The position numbers and the translations under genes are program-made. Below are positions 40,000-49,629 of a DNA stretch of 58,160 bases, piece after piece; position 1 is the stretch's first letter, and every line of letters starts with the position of its first letter. This stretch comes from Catajapyx aquilonaris. Lineage: Eukaryota. A model generated the notes under the pieces. The model was not told the origin of the DNA, did not search any database, and saw nothing but the letters and a program-made list of their open reading frames with translations. The stretch is from the NCBI GenBank assembly GCA_000934665.2, contig KZ537996.1:248001-306160 (forward strand). The letters are read 5' to 3'.

Positions 40000-40343
40000 G
40001 GGTAGGTGTAGAATGGCCGAGATGGTAACGTCTCGGCTTGCTGAGTGAAAGGCCCCAGGTTCGATCCCCGCTTGGGGAACTTTCCTTTTACCTGCGTCAG
40101 GAGGGTCTCTGACCTGCACATTGGAGGTGTCTGGCAACCTAACCTCCTGGGGAACAGCACATGACCCCTTTACCGACATTGCACTTGCACCAATGTTCCC
40201 TCCCCAAAACTCCCAATATCCTTACCTCATGTCCTTTCATCCTTGCACCGGAGTTAGAAGAAAAAAAACGAAATTGAAGGGAAAATGGTGGTATTCCACC
40301 CCCCCTATAAGGGCCTATGGCCCTGTCACGGGGTAACGTAAAA
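40000..40343 (+). mobile_element. tRNA-headed SINE, family C, copy 2
   Basis: A-box tggccgagatgg, B-box ggttcgatccc, A tail; 16 bp TSD aaactacaaagcctca at 39984-39999 and 40344-40359. Confidence 0.92.
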
Positions 40344-40702
40344 AAACTACAAAGCCTCATTTTCTCAAAATCATTATAATATGATTCTGATAGTTCTGTA
40401 TACTTCAGGTCTTCAATTTTTGCATGTAGCAGTAATATTGCTCAACTACAATGTTCGTAGGTTATAGTATCATGCTTAGATTTAGTTGATAGGAATATAT
40501 CGAGATACTCTGTTATTATTTCAGTCTAGTACATTATATTGCATTGCATACCCCAGTTAATGTTTTAGCAGAATTAGTTATTTTAACATTATACCTTGGC
40601 TATTTTTAAAAAATAACTGATTATACATTTTTATGCAAATATATTTTGTGAGGCCGTTGTTGTTGTCGACCACAAGTGCACAACGTGACGGAAGAGAGTA
40701 TT

Positions 40703-40948
40703 TCGACTGTCTCCTGCACACTTATTTATGTCACAAATGCACAGTTTTGAGAAAACAAGACTTGAACGTTTAAGCACCTATAGACAAACAATACATCGCA
40801 GTTACTATATCTTGTTCGTGTGGCACGGCAACATGGGATAGGCATACCACATTTCTGCAGCTGGTAGGCACGGTGCTGAGGCATCCCATGCACATGTCTC
40901 GTTTTTGCTTAAAAGTGGACATACAATAAGTGTGCAGGAGACAGTCGA
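40703..40948. mobile_element. MITE with 24 bp perfect TIRs
   Basis: tcgactgtctcctgcacacttatt / aataagtgtgcaggagacagtcga. Confidence 0.85.
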
Positions 40949-41934
40949 TTTAGGACAGTAATTAGGATTTGAGATGATGCAGCTTTACAACGGTTAGTTT
41001 CAAAATAAGTTAAGTATACCCGTATTTATTATTTCAGTAAAAGTGAATTCTATTTTCAGCTCGAGCAGTTCAAATGTACAGCCTGCATGTACAGTACAAA
41101 AGTGTAGCTTGTAAAATTTTTTTAAAAAATTAAGACAGCATATTTTCGCTTAAACATGACTGGTGATCAATTGTGTTGAAATACGGGTACGGTAGTTTGC
41201 GTTATGTTTCTGAGTAGACTATGTGTTTTTACAATGTTGTGAAGGATTCATCCTTGCTATGCAATGAAATTTTTCTGGAATTGTAAATAACATGGAAACC
41301 TGCAATATTGTTTGAATTGCTTGGTTATCAAATTAATAGACTAAAATAATGTAAAATAATCCAATGCAGTTGCTTACAACGCAATATGAGAACAGGCCAC
41401 TATAAAGTGACCCTACATTCTCACAAATGAGCTACTCACTGCCTAACAGTAAATGCGTGTCATAAGTTTAATATTATTCGTGCAACTCATTTTCTTCGTG
41501 CTAAAATAAAACACAATCTTTATCACGAGCAAAATAATGTTGTCAATGAAATTTTCTCAACATTTTTGCCAAACTTACTTCTGTATTACAATCTGTATAA
41601 GCAATATCGTGAACAAGCATACACATATGAATGATGGTATACGGATTAAGAATATCTTAATATCAGGCTGTTTTATTCACGATGAAATAACGCCTTAAAC
41701 TTCACGCTGTGATCTGATAGACCTATGATTCAACCTATATAAACCTATATGCTTCAGATTCTTTCCAGAATATTACTTACCGGCACTGATGGTGTTGGAG
41801 GTCATACAGCAGTGCAGTTAGTTGCTTCTAGAGACAAAATAAATAACCAAATAAATATGTGTTGTATAATCAACTTCTTACATAATAACAAAATAGTGAA
41901 AGAAAACTTGAATTCAAATATAATAATTTTACTA

Positions 41935-42576
41935 CAGGCTGATCGAAAAAGAATGCGCAGATTTGAAAACTCTATACAACTCGAAAACTTGCAGACATAT
42001 CTTAATGATTTCGATATGAGCTTCATTTGTCGCTAGAAAAATCGGTACCGTGTACGCTCAGACATGTCTGGCGTTACTTTGAAATCTTATTCCGTGCTGA
42101 TGGTGCTGGATCATTTCACCATACATGTATCTCCACAAACAAAGGCCATCGATGTAATATCTGGGCTTCTTGGGGAGTAGGCATTGGGAAACTTCTCACT
42201 CACGACTTCGCACACTGAGGGACTGAACAAAATAATGAAACTTGCCTATTCAGAAGGTTTGTTTCATGGATGAGGCGACTTTTTATGTGCATCATCAAGA
42301 ACAATATGTGTGATGTAAAGACCAATTACCTCCAGCACCTTCGGGATAGGATTGCAACGGTATGACTCCAGATGTGATTGAGCGAGTTTGGCACGAGCCT
42401 GAAAACCGTATTTTTAATGTGCTGAGATACAAATGAAGCTCATATCGAAACAAACTAAGGTGAGACCAAAACTTTAGACATTTCGTAGCTTTTCAAAACT
42501 TAAATCATTCAGATATGTTTACAAGTTTTCGGGTTATAAGGTTTCAAAATATGCGCATTCTTTTTCGATCACGCTG
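41935..42576 (+). mobile_element. internally deleted mariner-like transposon with transposase remnants
   Basis: TA flanks; TIR caggctgatcgaaaaagaatgcgca / tgcgcattctttttcgatcacgctg. Remnant peptides QKVCFMDEATF (from 42251), IIKNNMCDVKTNYLQHLRDRIA, TPDVIERVWHE and TNEAHIETN* (42429-42458) resemble the FSDEATF and GAHIE motifs of mariner-related transposases. Confidence 0.85.
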
Positions 42577-42877
42577 TATATTCTGAAGAAATCAGGCAAA
42601 GCAAAACTTTCAAATTTTCTGGCTATGGCAAATGGGATATGCAAAAACGGTTCCCTATCAGAATAATTTGACGACTTCTCAGCCTATAATTGCGTTGGAA
42701 AATTCGAAGAAACTCGGACGAAACTTCTAATCATGGTACATTAGCATCTGCTAGTCGTCGGGAATTGCCCAAAGGAGTTTTAGAAAAGCAGTGAATGTGA
42801 CTCCCAATATATTGAACCCAAGAAGCTACGGATGGTTTCTCCAGTCCTGAAGTTTCTGTCTGTTAGGTGAAGTGAAA

Positions 42878-42930
42878 TGCAAAACATAAAGTCTGAAATA
42901 TTACACTCGTATTTTTTCATTTTATTTACA
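42878..42930 (-). terminator. candidate distal polyadenylation signal
   Basis: Minus strand gtgtgtAAATAAAatgaaaaaatacgagtgtaatatttcagactttatgttttgc: AATAAA with a downstream U/GU element at normal spacing. Confidence 0.55.
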
Positions 42931-45900
42931 CACAAGATACTGTTACAGCCTTGTACTGTGTCAAAGGTTATAGAACACAAAACTCACATTAAATTTCCAA
43001 AACACAAAACAGTGCCATTGCATCCTTAAAAGAATTTGTGTGTGTATACAACGACAGACATCATACTTTGCGTTCATTCGAACATCCTTAGACTCTAAAC
43101 AATGCAAAATTAACAAGGAAAGAACACAACCACTGTGCGCTATATACAAATATAAGGGACGGCAAAAACACAGGGAAAGCTTATACAATTAGACTTGTTC
43201 ATGACACTGACACCATCTGTCATTACAACCAGCCACATTTATAGAATATAATATGTACGTCTTGCACCAAGTGCTGTTTAAGAACTCTGTAATTGAAGGC
43301 CAAATGTGGAACCAGGCAGATCCAGAGCAAATTCTTGCCTTACACCATACTCGGAGAAATGGCACGTGGAAAATAAATTATGTCGTCTTGGTCAAAAAAG
43401 ACGTGATTAGGGATGGAATGCTTCGTAAATTATACATAAAGTCTGTAAAAAATCACAAATAATAGCACTACGTACAATTTGGTAGTAAAAACAAAAAAAA
43501 TAAGCAATTTTGTCGTGGTTTATCTACGAGTGTCGAATCATCAAGTTAAATCGAACTAGGTACTTGAAATCAGTCCTACGTAGTTTAGACTATTTCCCAA
43601 CACCACGTTAGTCTATAGTTGAATATTACGAGAATTCGCATAATGGTACATTGATTACATCCCTCGTTATACAGCATTTCATTCGTTCTTCACACCAACG
43701 GATTCTGGTTCCTGCAAAAAAAGTTGATTTCTCTCCCTCTCCCCCCATTTTTTTCTATACAGCCACGCACCACGAAACAAAGTAAAAAAAAAAAATTGTT
43801 GGTTACAGTAGAGGCACCTCCGGTCAGCCTTTTTTTCGGGGTGAAATTTTCCACAGCATTGGCCCTGGCAATTATTATATTTTTCTCGCACTCTCCGCCT
43901 ACCACTGTAACCAGATTTTGCACCAAAGTATCAAGTATTTTTTGTGTGAACCTATTCCAAAACTGTACATAATTTTTTTTTATACTCTTTTTCCTTCCTC
44001 CACGTAAATTCGGCATCGCGTTGTGTGTTATTTCCAGCATTACTTGAAACACCCATACAACATAATTCGGATGCGAGAAGTTTGTCCAGCCTTTTGTTAT
44101 TTTAGAAAAGACTGGTGTCACAGTAACTTTAGCCGAGTGCCTGTGCACGTCTTCTCCAGTCGAAGGCAGAATCCTTCGAGTGTGTCGAGATAGACCGACT
44201 ATATACCAGAGGCCGCTTGCTCGCGAGGGGGTTGACCATTTTATAGGCGACATCTGCAATCGTCGTCGAGTACGTTCAACCCTCTCGTGAGCAAGTTTGC
44301 GTCCACTCTGCACACACGAGCGAGTCTGGCTGTAGACAAAGAAGGTGTGCATCGCCACTGCTTTAGCCTAAATGCATGTCACCATTCAAATAATGGACAA
44401 AGAATTCAACACAAAGAATTGAACGGACGCTTAGGCTATAGCTAGGTTCTATACAAAGACGGTATACAACAGCAGGATTTCTATGAGGAGAGAAAATACA
44501 ATCCCCGACACATTATAAGCCTAAACTAGGTTGAACGTCATGGAATTTTTTTGCATTATTATTTTAAACATTTTTTTTTGTTCCACAAAAAGTGAACTTT
44601 TTTTATACTATCGAGACCTAAGTATTTTACTTACAGTCTAGGTAAAAATCACGAGGATTTAGAGAGACCTTTGATATTGAGGGTCAGGCGAGGGGCCGGT
44701 AATTTAGGACGTCCCGCCTTAGACTGGCTTCTAGGCATTTTATATTTGTATTCGCTTGAAATGGTCGCCGCCTTAAGTTACCGGTCTTGTACCCGTCCAT
44801 CAAGTCATCAAACACGTATTTCATCCACAGGGCATAACCAAGTCTCTTCAAAATAGATCCAGATTGGAGACGGACGACTCTTTAGCAATAAGTGGGCTAT
44901 GTGTCACTTCAAAGGAACTGTTTTCTGAGCAGACCATTTTTGAGAGTCGAGTGTTTGCTTGTGGAAGACGAGTCGTGGTTCAACTGTTAAACTGAAGCAT
45001 TCTGTATAACTGTAATTTAGAGTCAGGTGGACGAAAAAAAGGACAAGGTGCGTGTGGGGCAATGTTGTGGCGAGAGCAGGTGAGCGCAATGCTGAGTATA
45101 GACATGTGGTCAACATGTACCTGTCGCGGGATGAATGGTCCGAATGAACAAAGGCATCGCGCCCTGCAGGAGTTGGGGTTTTTTGTCAATGCCTCATAAA
45201 AGCACCGCAAATGGAAATGACATGTATTTTTCCGACGTTTTGGCTTCCACGTCGCTTTCGTACTGGTCATTAAATGCATCCGTGTCCCCAAACCGGTTCC
45301 CCATCCAGTGTGCCAATGTGTCACAGTTTGTGTTGGCAGCCTGTCGATGATAACTTTGTCCGCAGCCATTTGGTACACTCTCCTCACTCCCGCCAAACAT
45401 TACAGAGCTTGGGGCTTACATGCAATAGCCTGTAGAGCCCCACTTTTATAGCCTATTTTTCAAATTGCCCGCTTTATGCTTGGAGAGCCGTCTGCCCCGT
45501 TATACAAAGTGCTTTCTGAGGTTCGGATAGCCCATTGTGTTTGCTTACTACTACAATAACAATAGACTAAGAACAGAATCCACAGAGTTATTTAAATGAC
45601 TGTCAGGAGGAGGATGAAGAGGATGGTTCAGAAGGAGGATTTTCATAGGAAGGGTGTGTGGGAAGGATGGGAAAAGGCAGAAGTTTGTCACCAAAAAGGT
45701 TATTAATTGAAAAGATGGAGGGTTCGTACAGCATATTGGACATTGAAATACAGCCCGATCAAAGTTGTAATCGTATTTCGTATGGAAACGTTGAGAATGG
45801 CATGGTCTGCTACCTATTATAATATGAACTATACGTATATTCACAGAGCTCGTCACTCCTATTATGAACGTTGTCCCCAAGCCTTCCGGAAATTTGATCT

Positions 45901-46359
45901 TTCGCTCACCGTATTTTAGTGGTTGTGTATACGTCATAATTATTATTATGTTATCTCGCCTAGGGCACTAAGAAGCGGGGGGAAGAAAGTGTATGGAAGC
46001 AGCAGCAGGGACCTAGAATTGCCAGCGAGAGGACGTAGTTGAAGACGAAAAGTGTTCCCGAATCTTCTCAAACGGGGACACAAAGCTCCCCGCCTTTCCC
46101 CACCTGCACTAAAAGACATCTTGTGTATATGCATTTTGTGTATTATCCCACGACACTTTCGACACTCATGATCCTATCAACTACTGTGGAGGTCTTGACA
46201 TGAGCAAGCAGTTCCATCCTGCTAAACGATCGACTTACATGTACTTATGCTACAACTACGACCACCTAACCACTACAACGTAGACGAAAACACGACACTA
46301 TCCTACCAAGGTCTCGGCCTCAAGACTCAAATGACGATAGCGATTGAATAGCCTATTAT

Positions 46360-46378
46360 TTTATTTTATTTATTTATT
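46360..46378 (-). terminator. candidate proximal polyadenylation signal cluster
   Basis: Several overlapping plus-strand tttatt motifs (AATAAA on minus). Could also be a simple repeat. Confidence 0.35.
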
Positions 46379-48302
46379 TTTTATCCAGATAGATGCAGCG
46401 TTCTTTCTGTGTTCCGAAGCGTTGGCAACCTACAGTTCCTCCAGCTCACTGGGAGTATAGTAGTAGTACTTGTTCATTTGGCTGGCTCCTCCTACACAAG
46501 AAACAAACATTGCTAACGTAAAGCGACAAAGTAAAGCAACGAGATAGGTTACGCGCCCAGTCTGGTTGGCCGCAGTACGTTGACCAACTAGTCAGTTCTG
46601 ATCCGCCACCACTGCCATCATGCAGCAGACAGACCCAGTCAAGAAGAAGGAGATTAAAGGATACCAAGAAACAAACAATGATTACATTCAGGATCAAGTG
46701 TAGTGTGTACTGTACGTGTGTGGCCATGATATCAACAAACAAACAAACAGCAACTTTGGTTCATTCCAACAGGTCAGTTGTGCAAAAGTAAGTCACCCAA
46801 GCCGGACTGGCCTGTAGTGTCCGTATCACCACAATTTCTCTGTCGCACTCTTTTACTTTATCCAGCACAATTTCCTCGATTCAGTGGCCTAGAGACCTCC
46901 AATTACTCATATTCTTTAGAACAAGATCTTACATTGCCTATACATTGCACACTTTCATACCCTGTAGTTAGTCACAGCTTAGCTATAAAACCACCATCCC
47001 TATTATTTTCTCGTCTCTTTTAGAGGCTCTTCTTCTCCAGTTTCACTACAGAATTCAATGCTGTTGCCATGTAGGGTGTTGGTTGTTAGCTGAACCGTGT
47101 CAACTGACTGTTACCACCTACCGCCTAGGTTTTACCTCACAACAGCACTAATTAATGCAACTTGTACTGTTCCAGGTGGGAATAACCGCCAATCCGTATA
47201 CTCAGCAGCAAAAAAAAGTTATTAAAAAAAGCTACTCCTATTACGGAAGTCAGAAGGATTACAGCGTAATTTACACAGTTCGAATTTGATTCGCATTCAT
47301 TAATGATTATCTGCCTTCCGACTTTCCATATAGCCTTAAACCAGTTAACAAAGCAAAGGAAGTAACAATATCCTTCCTCAAATGAAACAATCTAAAAGTC
47401 CATAATTTGAGCCGATAAAAATACTAAACAAAAAGATTCCTCTCAATTTTTGTCGCAAACTTCGCCAGCTTCTTAGATGCCGATTCTTTTGCAGCCTCAC
47501 CGACAAATACACCAACATTATCAATACTATACACTTGAAAATTTTTAGCCGCATCGGCAAAAATCTTAGGAAATCAAAAAAAAATAGGCAAAAAGTGAAA
47601 TAGAGCGAAATTTTCCAACCATGGCCACATTTTAACAGACTATACAGATGGGAATATTCGAGACAGGGCATATTATGCAGTTACATACTGAATGCAGTCA
47701 CCTGAGGCAAAGTGTATAGGCTACATTAGTCGTTGTCAACCGAAGGGGAGAAACGATAACAACACTGGACCACATGGAACAATACTGAAGAGGCAGGTAT
47801 TAAGCATACTTGTTACCCTGAACAAATAAAAAAAAAGGTTAAGATGTGTGGAGGGAATATAAATCTGAGTTAAACAGACTAAATAAAATACCCTTTACAA
47901 ATAATAAAGCAGCACAATGTGTAAAGGCAATAACGCCGAGACTAGACCAGCTGCCGTTGTTTCCTGTATATTGCCATGATGACTTAAGCGTGATGGGAGA
48001 TGTAGAGAGCTATAACACGAATAACAGGTAGTAGAAAAAAAAGAATGAGGCTTGGACATTGTCGAGTAGTACAGTGATGATATGGCACATCAATGCCCTG
48101 GTGTTTGAGCACGCAAAAAAAGAACAAAAAAAACCCGGCCTGCACCACTTTGCGCGTCTAAATATAGTAACAATCAGCAAAACCAAAGAGTCGCACTATT
48201 GTCTCCACCTCTTGTACCATGTATGACTTTGCAGTTGCACAGAGTCAAAGGCTGCACTTGGGCCACGTTTGAATAGCACATTGAACTGAGCATAAAGAGA
48301 GC

Positions 48303-48363
<61 letters not shown>
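48303..48363. repeat. (TAA)n microsatellite in the putative 3'UTR
   Basis: About 20 perfect units. Confidence 0.97.
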
Positions 48364-48365
<2 letters not shown>

Positions 48366-49197
48366 CGTCACCTAGCCAAAGATAGTTTTGAGGTGATGAG
48401 CTCCACGTTGATTAGACAGAAAACACTAGTCCTCTTTCGAAAATGCTTGCTAAATCGATCGAAATAGATTTCGCAATAGCCGTTCGTTTCCTGTCAATCC
48501 CGTGAAATTGACTCTTCCTCTGCTATACCAACTTACGACTAAAACGTTGTGGCAAGCAAAAACACAACAAAGGCGCCGTGGAACACTGGGGTCCTGGTGA
48601 CGTGCCAGTTCACAGGCGAGCGCAATCAGACAAAAAGAATGTCCAATGTTCCCTTTTTCTTCTTATTATTTTTAAAAAACCAAAGAAAAACGGAAAAACG
48701 TCAGCCGCATGTTTGAACCTCCTGCAACCAATGGTACAGTTCCGTGACTGCAGGAGGCAGCTGGGAGGGGGGGGGGTGTTGGTTACGCAGCTATTGCACG
48801 TAAAACTTCTTCCAACTCACCCACTCACCTTTGCCACTACGCGGGTATTCAAAAGTTCCCAATCAGGCTAAAGTTCAATGCCTGAAACGGTGAGTACAAC
48901 ACAAGGCGCGGGTTTTTTTTTTTTTTTTTTTGGAAAATCAAAGGTGAGGGTGGGATATATATTATTATTTTTTTAAGACGCACGTATTAGCCGAAAGAAG
49001 CAAAGCTCCGCTCCCCAACAGGGAAACCACACGAGCTGTGGATAATATTTTTTTTTGCTGGGTATATATAATTTTTTTTTCATGAATTTTTTGGGAGATT
49101 CTGAGAGATTTTTTGGAAGCATGTTGAGGGGTCATGGGAAGGGGCTGGGTGTTAGGTGTTGCAGTCGACTGCAGGATCTGATGTGCGATGCTCCTTC

Positions 49198-49629
<432 letters not shown>

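Larger units (their letters stand above)
42900..49197 (-). other. abd-A: putative long abd-A 3'UTR (~6.3 kb)
   Basis: U/GU-rich on the minus strand, with no recognisable MITE or SINE. Ends at minus-strand AATAAA (42921-42926) followed by a U/GU-rich element ctttatgttttgc. The boundary is inferred. Confidence 0.55.

Noticed and set aside
34550..40075. tRNA-like heads of the SINEs as real tRNA genes
   Set aside because: They have A/B boxes but no convincing cloverleaf, and they continue into SINE bodies with tails and TSDs.
44960..48800. Isolated seed matches for miR-92, miR-9, miR-8, miR-279 and a GY box in the UTR
   Set aside because: One or two 7-8mers each in 6 kb is near chance expectation without conservation data.
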